A stretch of DNA of 64,000 bases from an uncultured Acidobacteriota bacterium (GTDB lineage: Bacteria; Acidobacteriota; JAQAZP01). The stretch lies in NCBI GenBank assembly GCA_963836075.1, contig CAWIIB010000009.1, positions 1,184,001-1,248,000 of the forward strand, in the 5' to 3' direction. How positions within the stretch are numbered: position 1 is the first letter of the stretch; every line of letters starts with the position of its first letter. Shown here piece after piece: positions 8,013 to 18,908 of the stretch. Under the pieces are notes generated by a model. That model worked only from the letters and a program-made list of their open reading frames with translations, ran no database searches and was not told where the DNA came from. Made by a program: the position numbers and the translations under genes.

Positions 8013-11000
8013 TCACCCTTCAGTTTCCGGGCTGAACTCCAGTTTCACCTTACGGCCAAAGACCAGCCGCACCGGCCCGAGGAGCCCGGAGGGGAGGGGG
8101 GTCGGTTCGAGACGGTTGGCCATGGTGTTGGTCACCACCACGGTGAGGATGTTCTCGCCCGGCCGGAGGAACTGCTCCACCCGCAGGCGGTATGGCGGCC
8201 AGAGCAGATCGCCAACCGGCTTGCCGTTGAGGATCACCCGGGCGGTTTCCCTGACATCCCCGAGATCGAGGACGGCGGCTTGACCCCCATCATCTGGTGC
8301 TACTTTGCCGTCAGATGAGCTATCAGTTCCCACTGGACTGATTATTGTCAGCCTTGTTTGAATTGATAATGGGATTGTTCCCCACCAGGCTCTTGTCCAT
8401 CTGGAATGTGGTACTGTATTCGGCGGTCCCCGAGAACTGGCCCCGGCCGATAGTCCGCCAGTCCTGGAGGGGCTGGTTGGTGAGAACCATCTCCAGTGGC
8501 CACTTGTCCCGCAGGCCGTCCTCGAACTGGCCCCCCTCCATGGGCAGAAAGCGGATCTCCCAGCCGTGGGCCAGGTTGAGGGGATTGGGAATATCTCCCA
8601 CTATTGCGGAGAGAAGCCAGTCCTGTCGAATTATTTTTGCCACATTTACGTTTGATAATTGCCCGATAACGCTCGATTCCACCACTCTGGCCCATTTTTT
8701 GCCAGGACCCCAGGCGATCCCCTCCACTTCCGGCGTTTGCTCGGGGGACCGTCGCAGATCCAGCACCTGGTCGAGGTTTGTCTCCTCCACCCGGCAGGAC
8801 ATCGCCTCCGGCCGGTCGATGAAAATCAGCGCGGAACCGTGGGGCGGGAGGGTCAGCGGAAGCAGGATTCGTTCGGCCGGGTCGATGCTGAAGCCGTGCA
8901 GCGGCGTCGCCGAGCCGTCGGCCGGATCGAGACGCCAGGGCCGGCCGGGGCCGGCCATGACGGCGGTGAAGCTTTTCTCCTGCTCCCCCTGGTTGAGGAT
9001 GAAGACCAGCGCGCCGCCGTCATCGCCGGCGATCTCCTTTCGCAGGTGGCGGATCTGCGGGTCGGGGGGCAGGATGCGCAGGGCCGGGGAGCAGTGGGCC
9101 GCCACGGCGTCCACCAGTCCGGCAAAGGGGCTGCTCTCGGCGACGGCCTCGGCGGTGCGGTCCCGCTGCCGGCTGAGCCAGCCTTTGTAGGTGGCGGTGG
9201 CCCGGGCCTCCAGCCGCGGGGCCACTTTGGCGCCGACGGTGCGCAGAGCGCGGAGCAGCCGCAGCATGCGCGGCCCCTGGGCCGGATGGCTGGCCGCAGT
9301 GTCCTGGTGGGGCACGCAGATCGTCGCGCCGCTGCCAAATACGGAGATATGAGTGCTGTCCCCGGAGTGCTGTTCATCACCCTGCCGGGCCCCGGGGAAG
9401 AGCCGGGCCGACCACTCCCGGAGGGGGTCCATCTCACCGCCGGTATCAGCCAGTTCGATCTCCGGCAGGGCGCCGGCCGCGGCCAGCAGTCCACCGCCAT
9501 CGGTGAACCGTTCCAGTTTCTCGGCCATGCCGGCGGGGAGTGCACGGCACCCGGGAAGGATCAGCACGCTGTAGCGGCTCTGGTCCAGGGCCAGCAGACC
9601 GTGCTCCTCCACCTCTGCCCGGCCGATCATCTCCGCGTCGAGAATATGGAAGTCGATCTGGGCCCGCTCCAGGGCCAGGGCCAACCCGCGGAAGGCGGCG
9701 TCGATGCTTCGTGCGGCCGCTTCTCCTTCGGGGCCGGCGCTCAGGGCGGCCCAGACGGCGGTGAGCGGGTAGAAGAGGGCCACCGAGGCCTCGGGCCGGC
9801 CCTGCTCCAGGGCGGCGAAGAGACGGCGGCCGTAGGCCTGGAAGCCGGGGTAGTGGGGCCACCAGCAGTTCTGGAAGAAGAGCGAGGGTGGGCACTCGCG
9901 GTGCCGGCTGCCGGCCATGCTGTAGTGGAAGGCGTGGGGGATCAGCCGGGTCAGGCCGCGCACTGCCTGCCAGTCGGTGGTGTAGCGCATCCGCTGGAGG
10001 GTCAGCCCCCAGCCGAAGATGCCGAAGGTCTCGCTCTGCAGCTGGCCCAGGCCCAGGTGCAGGGCGGCCGAGGCGCCCAGGCGCACCGACACCGACTGCT
10101 CCTCGCTCACCTGGCCCACCAGGTCCACCCCGGCCTGGTCCAGGTGGCGGAAGTGGCGGAAGAAGTCACCCTGGGAGCGGGCGGTGGTCAGCAAATCCTC
10201 CTCGCCCAGCAGGTGGCCGATCAGCTGCAGGCCGTTGGCCCGGCACCACTGGCGGAGCTGCTGGAAGTAGCTTGTGCGGTAGCGCTCGGCCAGGGCGTCA
10301 AAGTAGTCGGTGCGGATTCGGACCGATTCGAGATCATCGTCCCGCTCAACGGGCGGCTGCCAGAGGGCGCCCAGGCGGGGCAGCAGGTCGTAGCCCTTCA
10401 ACTCCCGGAAGTGGTCGGGGAACCGGGCGGTCCAGGGGACGGTGCCCGGGTCGCAGCCGTGGAGGTTGTTGTAGAAGCCCGGCTCGTCGGTGAAGAAGCC
10501 GAGGACGACGGTGCCGAAGTAGTCGTGGAGATACTGCAGATACCGCTCGTGGGTCAGCGAGATGAAGAGGCGCACCGCCTCGGGGTCGAGCAGGTCGGTG
10601 TAGCGGATTCCCGGCTTGTAGGTCACCGAGAAGGAGGTGGGCTTGCTGATGTAGATCTGGACGGCAACGGTTCCCGGTGGAATGGGGAGGCGGAGGGGTG
10701 TGGATCTGGTTCGGAGGATATCAGGGGTGGGTGAGTGGGAAATGGTGGTGCTGTTATGGTTATCAATGGCAACGGAGTGGGTTTCAGATTGTTCAGTGGG
10801 TTGCTGGTTCGCGCCGGGTGGGGTGACGAGCTCCGGGCGGATTTCACTTGATCCACCCTTCCCGTCAAGGGCAAACGCGGCCACCAGCTGTTCCAGCGGG
10901 GACAGGCTGTGGCGCAGGCTCTCCCGTCCCTGGGTATCCACTGTCATGCTTAACAGGTGCCGGGCGCAGCGGGTGGGATCCTCCTCGATCAACCGGCCGC

Positions 11001-11421
11001 CGGCGTACCCGCTGGGCCAGTTCAGCTCGTCGTAGAGCCAGACCTTCATCCCCCGGATCCGGGCCTCCTCCACGGCCACCTTGACCATCTCGAACCACTG
11101 ATCGGAGAGGTAGGAAGGGGTCTCCAGCCCCTCCCGGGGATGGATGACAAAGGCCTCCACACCGGAATAGGCCATCAGGCCGATCTGCCGGCAGACCTCG
11201 CCTTTGTCCATCCTGCCGTTCCACATCCAGAAGGGCATGGGGGTGGAATCGCCCTTCGGATCGGCAAAGGTGCGGAGGAAGGCTGGGCCGCCGTTCGTCT
11301 GTGCTGTACCGGGGTTTCCCACTGTTTGACATGGTGAAAAGAGTATATCAACTTTGCTCAGGTTTGCGGAGGTACAATTTGACCCACGATGGTCCACATC
11401 GAGCCCGGCCAAACAGTTCAC
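8013..11421 (-). CDS. Glycoside hydrolase, GH106 (alpha-L-rhamnosidase)-like, with C-terminal sugar-binding domain; frameshift near 8330; start uncertain
   Basis: PFWMWNG, WLYDELNWPSG, FFTDEPG and SETFG motifs. ORF 8013..8333 (LDLGDVRETARVILNG...PSGLLGPV) is the expected C-terminal domain, one base out of frame. Confidence 0.8.
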
Positions 11422-11616
11422 CGATCAGCGAAGTAGTCGACATTAACGTCGAACAGATTACGGAATCCGGCACGGATCGTCGGGGTTTGTCCGGCGCTAA
11501 GTCCGGCCTCCGGGAGTCTGGCGGGGAGGTGCGGATTTTTCTATTCCCTGATTACCCTCTGCCTATAAGGTCATTTGCCGGGGGGCCCGGCCGCTGCCCC
11601 CCTGCTTTGCCCTTCC

Positions 11617-11631
11617 TGGCACACTTCTTGA
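11617..11631 (+). promoter_or_regulatory. sigma54-like -24/-12 promoter
   Basis: TGGCACACTTCTTGA (GG-N10-GA), about 70 nt upstream of the ATG at 11700. Confidence 0.4.
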
Positions 11632-11699
11632 GTATTGGTAGAACAGTTGTAATCACGTCAAAAGCAGTATTTGGCCGCCATTGTCAGGAGGATGGATTT

Positions 11700-12112
11700 A
11701 TGCTCAGGTTTGCGAAGATCAGATCCGCTGTCGCCATCACCGCACTGTTCACTGCTCTGGTTCTGCTGGTCTCTCCTGTTGCGCTTTATGCCTTCGAGAT
11801 CATCATCGAGGTCGCGCCCCGGGTGCTCAACATTCAGAGCAAGGGCACGGTGGTGACCGTGCACACCGATATCGCCTATTCCGCTGTTGAGCCCACAGCG
11901 TCAGCCTCAACGGCGTGGAGATCAGCAGCTGGAAGGCCGATGACCAGGGCAACTTCGTGGCCAAGTTCTCCATGCAGGCGATCAAGAACCTTCCCGGACT
12001 GGTCATCGGCGAGAACAACACCCTGCGTCTTGCCGGGGTCACCTCTCTGGGTGAGCCCTTCGAGGGCGAGACCGAGGTTCTGGTTATTGACATCACCCCC
12101 AAGGGGCGGTAA
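11700..12112 (+). CDS. Small secreted beta-sandwich protein; frameshift near 11890
   Basis: GGAGG RBS, signal peptide MLRFAK..ALYA-F. Reading continues in the frame of ORF 11915..12112. Confidence 0.65.
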
Positions 12113-12130
12113 TCCCCTTATCACGCCCCA

Positions 12131-12165
12131 GTGGCGTCCCCGGGAAATCGGGGGCGCCATTTTAA
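12131..12165 (+). terminator. Intrinsic terminator
   Basis: TGGCGTCCC...GGGGCGCCA followed by TTTT. Confidence 0.55.
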
Positions 12166-12352
12166 CGCCTCCATTTCGCCCGCCCCACTCCGTATCCCAC
12201 CATATCCAGCAATATCTGATCGGATGCAATCAAAATGTGATGGCTTGTTGATGTGGATTGGTGTCGCAATCATCCGCAACGGTGCGGGGGCTGTCGGCTT
12301 AACTGTTTCATGAATAACCAGTTGCCTGAATCACTGGTCTGTCGTCCATCTC

Positions 12353-12368
12353 TGGCACGCATCTGGCA
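12353..12368 (+). promoter_or_regulatory. sigma54-like -24/-12 promoter
   Basis: TGGCACGCATCTGGCA (GG-N10-GC), about 90 nt upstream of the DUF2779 start, preceded by an AT-richer tract. Confidence 0.5.
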
Positions 12369-12454
12369 ATAGACCTCTGCAGGCAGCGGTGACGGATCAT
12401 AACCTTCAGGCCGAACGGTGATCCCCTTTGCCGCTCCATCGCGGAGGACGGCCG

Positions 12455-14002
12455 ATGAACGAGTCTGCAATCCTGATTGATGAGCGCTTCGCCACCCCAA
12501 CCCCCACACCCCACTTGTCGAAGAGCCGGTTCATCGCCGGGCTGCAGTGCCTGCGGCGGCTGTGGCAGATCTGCCACGCGCCGGAGGATACGCCCCGGGC
12601 CGATGCCGCGCTCGAAACCCTGTTTGCCGGGGGACACGAGGTGGGCCGCCTGGCTCGTCTCGCGTTCCCCGGCGGTGTCCTGGTGGACGAGGAGGGCGGG
12701 TTCGCCCATGCCGCCCGGATCACCCGCCGGCTGCTGGGCCGCGGCGGCAGAACCACCTGCGGGGCCAGCCCGCTGCTCTTCGAGGCGGCCTTTGCCTTCG
12801 AGGACGTGCTGGTCCGCGCCGATATCCTGCAGCGCCGCAACGACGGGCGCTGGCGGCTGATCGAGGTCAAGGCCGCCCTCGATCTCAAGGAGCACCACAT
12901 CGCCGACCTGGCGGTCCAGCGTCACGTGTTGGAGGGCTGGGGCCTGGAACTGCCCGAGGCCTGCCTGATGCACCTCAACCGTGATTATGTGTACAGCGGC
13001 AGCGGCCACCGGCTGGACGACCTCTTCGTCATCGAAGACGTCAGCGACCGGGTCCTGGCCTGGCAGGCGCGGGTGCCCCGGATGCTGCAAGAGCAGCGGG
13101 ATGTCCTGGCCACCAATGAGCCGCCGGCGGTGCAGCCGGGCAGCCACTGCTCGAGCCCCTACCCCTGCGAGTTCTGTTCGCTCTGCAGCCCTGAGCTGCC
13201 GGACCACCACCCGGCGCTCCTGCCGCGGATCGGCCGCCAGGCACTGGGCCTGTTCCGCGAGCAGGGGATCGATACCGTCACCGCCATCCCCCTCGATCAC
13301 CCGTTGAGCGAGCAGCAGCACCGGGCCCGGCGGGCACTTCTCGAAGGCGGCGCGGTGATCGAGCCCGGGGTGCGGCAGTTGCTGGGCGGTCTTGGCTGGC
13401 CCCGCTGGTATATGGACTTCGAGACCAGCAACCCGCCGGTGCCCCGGCACCGGGGGATGAGCCCCTACAACGTGATCCCCTTCCAGTGGTCGCTGCACCG
13501 CCGGACGCGGCCCGGCGCACCGCTGGAGCACTTCGAGTTTCTGGCCGTGGAGGGTGAAGACCCACGCCGGCGGTTCGCCGAGACACTGCTGGAGGCGCTG
13601 TCCCGGGACCAGGGGCCGGTGGTGGTCTACAACGCCGCCTTCGAGAAGAGCAGGCTGGCCGACCTGGCGAGCTGGCTTCCCCAGCGGGCTGCGGCCCTGG
13701 GCCGGGTAGCCGACCGGGTGTGGGACCTGCTGCCGGTGGTCCGCGGCCATGTCTACCACCCGGCCTTTCGCGGGTCGTTCTCGTTGAAGAAGGTGCTGCC
13801 GGCGCTGTTGCCCCACCTGGGTTACGACGGGATGGCGGTGGCCGACGGCGGTGAGGCCAGCTCGGCCTGGGAACGGCTGGTGGCCGGCGGCCTGGGTGAC
13901 GAAGTGCGGGGGCGGCTGCGCGAGGGGCTGCTGGAATACTGCGGACGGGACACCCTGGCCATGGCCGCCCTGGTGGCCCACCTGGTAGAGGAAGACCGGT
14001 GA
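12455..14002 (+). CDS. DUF2779-family protein: Cas4/RecB-like PD-(D/E)xK nuclease plus RNase H-fold DEDD-like domain
   Basis: LSKSRF..QC, RADIL, LIEVK and the Cys cluster HCSSPYPCEFCSLC. C-terminal YMDFET, VYNAAFE, SLKKV and YCGRDT. GGAGG RBS before the ATG at 12455. Confidence 0.85.
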   Translation: MNESAILIDERFATPTPTPHLSKSRFIAGLQCLRRLWQICHAPEDTPRADAALETLFAGGHEVGRLARLAFPGGVLVDEEGGFAHAARITRRLLGRGGRTTCGASPLLFEAAFAFEDVLVRADILQRRNDGRWRLIEVKAALDLKEHHIADLAVQRHVLEGWGLELPEACLMHLNRDYVYSGSGHRLDDLFVIEDVSDRVLAWQARVPRMLQEQRDVLATNEPPAVQPGSHCSSPYPCEFCSLCSPELPDHHPALLPRIGRQALGLFREQGIDTVTAIPLDHPLSEQQHRARRALLEGGAVIEPGVRQLLGGLGWPRWYMDFETSNPPVPRHRGMSPYNVIPFQWSLHRRTRPGAPLEHFEFLAVEGEDPRRRFAETLLEALSRDQGPVVVYNAAFEKSRLADLASWLPQRAAALGRVADRVWDLLPVVRGHVYHPAFRGSFSLKKVLPALLPHLGYDGMAVADGGEASSAWERLVAGGLGDEVRGRLREGLLEYCGRDTLAMAALVAHLVEEDR

Positions 14003-15952
14003 TGAGCGGGAAGAACGCGACCATCCACAGCTCTGACGGCGGCGGTCCGGCGGCAGCCTTCACCTCCAATGATAAGGTGCTGTCAGCGGCCCGCCGGATG
14101 TTCCGTGCCCGCGAATACCTCGGCAACATGGAGGCCGATTTCAGTGCCGACCAGGGCCTCCTGGAAGCCATGCGGGTGGAGGCCGTAGAGCTGACCCGCT
14201 CGTGGCACCGGTCCCTGACTCTCTCCCCGCCGGAGCAGCTCTTTGCCGGGCGCTGTCGCAAACACCGTTTCAACCGCATCGAGCGTGAGATCCTAGTCGC
14301 ACTGGTGCTGGAGAAGCTGGCCCTGGTCAAGCGCTCGGTGGCCGAGTTTGGCGAGATGCTCGACTTTCTTTGTCTGCCCGACCACCGGGTGATGAGCGCG
14401 CTGCGGGCCATGGGCGAAGAGGGGCGTCTCTTCCGCGCCGGCCTGATCGAGTACCGAGGACCCGGACGAGGACATCTGCAGCCGCAAGATGGTGGTGGAC
14501 CCGGCATTCGTGGAGGAGATGCTGGTGGGCCAGGGCGGCCGCACGGCCGGTTGGCCGGTGAAGAGTGAGGGAGAACTCTTCGACCACCTGAACACCCTGG
14601 TCCGGCTGATGTCGAAGCAGAACTCGGAGATGAGTTTTCTGCTGCGCGGCCACGGCAGCCAGGCCGACGCTTTCAAGGGCGCCCGCCTGCTTGACCGTCA
14701 GCTGCGCGACTTCCGCTGTACGGTTGATCTTCACCCGTCCTGGGCCATCGCCCAGGTAGCCGGGTCCTATAATGTGGACTTCTATCCCCAGCGGGCGATG
14801 CTGATCATCCTCCTGGCCCTGCTGGGCAAAGAGCTCGGGCATCTTGATGCCGACGACGAGCTGTTCCAGGGCGGGGGGCTGGTGCGCGCCGCTTCCCGCA
14901 AGTGTGAGGAGGTCCGTTCGCTGTTCCGGCTTTTGGAGGGCAACGGACCGCTGGTGAGCGATGGGCTGGTCCAGCCCTGCGGCGGGCCGGGCAGTCACGT
15001 GGAGGAAGGGCCCAACGGGCTGCGCGAAGTGGAGTTTGAGCTCACCGAGACCACCATCCAGGCGCTGGGCCTGGAGAAGCAGGGGATCAAGCGGCGCAAG
15101 GGCGACAGCCTGGTCCGGCAGCCGCTGGTTTCCCTGGACCAGCTGGTGCTGGGCCCCGAGATTCGCCGGTCGCTGGCGATGGCTCTTAACCACGCGGCGC
15201 ACGCCCGGACGCTGGTGGAGGACTGGGGGCTGGGTAAGACGATTCCCTACGGCCGCAGCGTCACCCTGCTCTTCTCCGGTCCGCCCGGGGTGGGCAAGAC
15301 GGCTTGCGCCGAGGCCATGGCCGGCGAGCTGGAGCAGCCGATCCTGGCCGTGGACTACTCCCAGGTGCAGAACTGTTTTGTGGGGGTCACCGAGAAAAAC
15401 ATCGTCCGCCTGTTCCGCGAGGCCAAGGCCCACAACGCGGTGCTTTTCTGGGACGAGGCCGACGCCATGTTCTACGACCGCGATTCCGCCATGCGCAACT
15501 GGGAGGTGCGCGACGTCAACGTCCTGCTGCAGGAACTCGAGCGCTTCGAGGGGGTCTGCGTGCTGGCCACCAACCGCAAGGTGAGCCTCGACCCGGCGCT
15601 CCAGCGGCGCATCACGCTGAAGGTCAATTTTGAGCGGCCGAACGGCGAGGAACGGCTGGCCATCTGGCAGCGGATGATCCCGGCCAGGATGCCGCTGGCC
15701 GACGACGTGGACCTCGACCTGCTCAGCCAGGCCGAGCTCACCGGCGGCGAGATCAAGAACGTCCTGCTCAACGCCTCCCGCCTGGCCCTGGGGCGGGGTA
15801 GCGAGGGCCCGGTGACCATGAACGACTTCAGCGCCGCGGTGCGCATGGAGAAGCAGGGGGCGTGGAAGGGCGGCGGGACGGGTGGTATGATCGGGTTCCA
15901 GACAGGAAAGCACCATGCCCCGAAACATCGAGATCAAGGCCCGGGTGGATGA
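13999..15952 (+). CDS. AAA+ ATPase with helical/winged-helix-like N-terminus; frameshift near 14455
   Basis: Walker A GPPGVGKT, Walker B LFWDEAD, sensor ATN, arginine finger LQRR. ORFs 13999..14568 and 14489..15952 overlap. The start overlaps the DUF2779 stop (TGATG). Confidence 0.85.
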
Positions 15953-16433
15953 CATGGCGGCGCTGCGCCGCCTGGTGGAGGATCTTGCCGACAGCGGGCC
16001 CGTCCTGATCCACCAGCTGGACACCTTCTTCAACTGCCCCCGCGGCCGGCTCAAGCTGCGGGTCATCGACCAGCACTCCGGCGAACTGATCTACTACCAG
16101 CGGCCCGACACGGCCGGCCCCAGCGAGTCAAACTACAAGATCTTCCCCGTGGCCGATCCGCCGGCGCTGCACGAAACCCTCCGCCGGGCTTACGGCACAC
16201 TGGGTGTGGTGGAGAAGGAACGCACCCTCTTCCTCGCCGGCCAGACCCGCATCCACCTCGACCGGGTGACCGGCCTGGGCGATTTCATGGAGCTGGAGGT
16301 GGTGCTGGAGGATGGTCAGACCTCCGGGGAAGGGGCGGCAGTGACCCGGGATCTGATGGCACGGCTGGAGATCCGACCGGACCACCTGGTGGAGCGGGCC
16401 TACCTCGATCTGCTGCAGGATCTGGAGGGCTGA
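15915..16433 (+). CDS. cyaB: CYTH-family protein (class IV adenylate cyclase / triphosphatase)
   Basis: NIEIKAR (ExExK), QLDTFF, RLKLR, VEKERT, IHLDRV..LG.FMELEV and AYLDL motifs. Confidence 0.9.
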   Translation: MPRNIEIKARVDDMAALRRLVEDLADSGPVLIHQLDTFFNCPRGRLKLRVIDQHSGELIYYQRPDTAGPSESNYKIFPVADPPALHETLRRAYGTLGVVEKERTLFLAGQTRIHLDRVTGLGDFMELEVVLEDGQTSGEGAAVTRDLMARLEIRPDHLVERAYLDLLQDLEG

Positions 16434-16565
16434 ACCGCTCCCATCCCTCTTCCTTGCTTGAATACCCCCCGGCGGATCATTACACTATCCCCCTCTGATA
16501 CGGAATGCCATGTATGATGCCGGTCCGGACCCGGGCCGGGAACCCATCTTGAGGAGATGTAAACC

Positions 16566-17051
16566 GTGGATATCTTTGAATTTGGCATGCAGATGGAGCA
16601 GGACGGGGAGAAATACTACCGCGAGATCGCGGAGAAGAGTGCGGACAAGGGGATGAAGACCATCCTCACCATGCTCGCCGACTCCGAGATCAAGCACTAC
16701 AACGTACTAAAGGCGATGAAAGATCACGCCGATGCGGAATTGGCTGCGGTGACCCTGATGCCCGAGGTGAAGAACGTCTTCGCCCGGATGAAGGAAGAGA
16801 AGGGCGACCTCGACCCCGACGTGTCCCAGATGGAGATGTACAGCACGGCCCGGGACATCGAGCTGAAGAGCGAGGCCTTCTACCGCGAGCAGGCCGAGGC
16901 GGCCGAGGCGCCGGCAGCGAAGGACATCTTCGTCAAGCTGGCCAACGAGGAGAAGGAGCACGCGGTGATCCTCGGCAATATCTGCGACATGCTCGGCCGG
17001 CCCGACGTCTGGTTGGAGAATGCCGAGTGGCGTCATATGGACGAATACTGA
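16566..17051 (+). CDS. Rubrerythrin-type ferritin-like protein
   Basis: Duplicated E...ExxH diiron motifs (SEIKH, EEKEH). GAGGAG RBS, GTG start. Confidence 0.85.
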   Translation: MDIFEFGMQMEQDGEKYYREIAEKSADKGMKTILTMLADSEIKHYNVLKAMKDHADAELAAVTLMPEVKNVFARMKEEKGDLDPDVSQMEMYSTARDIELKSEAFYREQAEAAEAPAAKDIFVKLANEEKEHAVILGNICDMLGRPDVWLENAEWRHMDEY

Positions 17052-17070
17052 TTCCGCGGAGGTGTCGACG

Positions 17071-17766
17071 ATGGCAGTTCATGACCGTTTCCGAATCCCG
17101 GCCCTGCTGATGGTGCTTGCCCTGGTATTGGCGCTGGCCGCCCTGCCGGCCGAGGCCAAGGGGAAGAAGGCCCGCACCACCTATGACGAGGGGACCCTGG
17201 TGATCGACTGGTTCGAGGAAGGGGCCGACCTGGAGTTTCGCGAAACCGACCGGGTGGATTACCTCTGGGTCAGCGACAGCTTTTCGTTGAAGGATCTCGA
17301 GGAACGGAAACTGTACTTCCCCGACTGGCCCGACGTGGAGTTCGTCGGCGATGACGTGGATGAGCGGGATACCGACGACCTGAGCCTGGCCCGGCGGATG
17401 AACCGCCTGATGCCGCAGTATTTCCACGACTGCTTCGACATCGCCTGGAAGGGCCGGGTGGAGACCTCGTTCAACGACGGGGACATCCTGGTCACCGGCC
17501 GGATTACCGACTGCAGCACCGGCAACCAGGCGGCAAAGATAATCGTCGGATTCGGCGCCGGCTCCGGTTTCACCGTCATCGACCTGAAGATGGTGGACAC
17601 CCGGACGGGCGAGCTGCTGATGGCGCTGCACCACAGCGTGGTCAGCGGCAGCGAGTTGTCAACCACTGAATCGAAATTCAGCAAGTGGGTCGGCAAGCTC
17701 ACCAACGACATCGACGACGAAGGCCTGGTGTCGATGTACGAAGACGGGAAACGGCAGAAGAAGTAG
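17071..17766 (+). CDS. Secreted protein, DUF4410-like
   Basis: Signal peptide (AEA-K) and the motif GRIT...GNQAAKIIVGFGAG. Confidence 0.65.
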   Translation: MAVHDRFRIPALLMVLALVLALAALPAEAKGKKARTTYDEGTLVIDWFEEGADLEFRETDRVDYLWVSDSFSLKDLEERKLYFPDWPDVEFVGDDVDERDTDDLSLARRMNRLMPQYFHDCFDIAWKGRVETSFNDGDILVTGRITDCSTGNQAAKIIVGFGAGSGFTVIDLKMVDTRTGELLMALHHSVVSGSELSTTESKFSKWVGKLTNDIDDEGLVSMYEDGKRQKK

Positions 17767-17781
17767 ACGGAGATCCTGTCC

Positions 17782-18582
17782 GTGAACCAGCCCGCATCCC
17801 CATTTCCCGCCCCCGGCCTGGTGGATACCCACGCCCACCTGGGTCTGGACAAGCTCTATGGTGGCGCCGCCGGGGCGGTGCAGCGGGCCGAGGCCGCCGG
17901 GGTGGGGACCATCGTCACCATCGGTATCGACCTCGAGCAGGCCGGCCGCGCGCTGGAGATCGCCGACCGTTTCCCGCGGGTCTGGGCCGCCGTGGCTTTC
18001 CATCCCCACAACGCCAAGGATGCAAATGACCGGACCCTCGGCGAGATGGAGCGGCTGGCCGGCCACCCGCGGGTGGTGGGCTATGGCGAGATCGGCCTCG
18101 ATTTCCACTGGGACCTCTCCCCCCGCGACGTGCAGCGCGTCGTCTATCGCGACCAGATCGAGACGGCGAAAAAACTGGACAAGCCGGTGATCATCCACCT
18201 GCGAGACGCGTACGACGAGGGGCTGGGGATGCTGGAGGCTGCGGCGCCCTTTCCCCATGGGGGGGTGATCCACTGTTTCTCCGGCAGTGAGCAGGATGCA
18301 CGCCGGGCCCTCGACCTGGGGTTCTGCCTCTCCTTCCCCGGGACGGTGACCTTCAAGAACAACGACTGGCTGCGCTCCATCGTCGCCTCGCTCCCCGAGG
18401 ACCGGATCCTGCTGGAAACCGATTGCCCCTTCCTCGCTCCGGTCCCGCTGCGGGGCAAGACCAACGAGCCGGCGTTCGTGGTCCACACCGCCAGGATGGT
18501 GGCCGACATCCGCTGGTCCGGCGACCTGGCAAAAACCGCCGCCGTCACCACTGCCAACGCCTCCCGCCTCTTTGGAATCTAG
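17782..18582 (+). CDS. tatD: TatD family hydrolase
   Basis: DTHAHL, HPH, GEIGLD, IIHLR, HCFSG and LETDCPFLAP motifs. Confidence 0.95.
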   Translation: MNQPASPFPAPGLVDTHAHLGLDKLYGGAAGAVQRAEAAGVGTIVTIGIDLEQAGRALEIADRFPRVWAAVAFHPHNAKDANDRTLGEMERLAGHPRVVGYGEIGLDFHWDLSPRDVQRVVYRDQIETAKKLDKPVIIHLRDAYDEGLGMLEAAAPFPHGGVIHCFSGSEQDARRALDLGFCLSFPGTVTFKNNDWLRSIVASLPEDRILLETDCPFLAPVPLRGKTNEPAFVVHTARMVADIRWSGDLAKTAAVTTANASRLFGI

Positions 18583-18587
18583 AAAAA

Positions 18588-18908
18588 TCAGCAGTTGTCG
18601 ATGTCTTTTCGGATGGATTCCAGGCCCTTGAGCACCGTCTGGCGGAGGTTGGCCCGGTCATCGTCGCTCAGCTCCCGGTCGGGGGTTTGGCGACAGACGT
18701 TCACGGTCTTGTCGAGGGTCTTGAGGAAGGTGTCGACGCAGAAGGGGCACTTCTCCCGCAGTTCCTCCAGCTCCGTGCAGAGACCGTCCGGCAGGTCGCC
18801 GCCGATGATGTCGTGGATCGAGCTGAAGATCCGGCCGCAGTCGTGCTCGGCACCCTGGCGGTCGCGAACACCCTCGCCCTTGCACTGTTTCAGATAATCG
18901 TTCTTCAT
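18588..18908 (-). CDS. Cys-rich soluble anti-sigma factor (ZAS-like)
   Basis: Overlaps the sigma-factor stop (ATGA). C..IHD..G.L...CPFC pattern. Confidence 0.65.
   Translation of the reverse strand: MKNDYLKQCKGEGVRDRQGAEHDCGRIFSSIHDIIGGDLPDGLCTELEELREKCPFCVDTFLKTLDKTVNVCRQTPDRELSDDDRANLRQTVLKGLESIRKDIDNC

Noticed and set aside
12455-14002. DUF2779 gene as CRISPR cas4
   Set aside because: It shares the nuclease fold but is fused to an RNase H-like domain and has no CRISPR context.
13999-15952. AAA ATPase as part of a contractile injection system (Afp15-like)
   Set aside because: The AAA domain is similar, but no sheath, tube, baseplate or spike genes are in the window.
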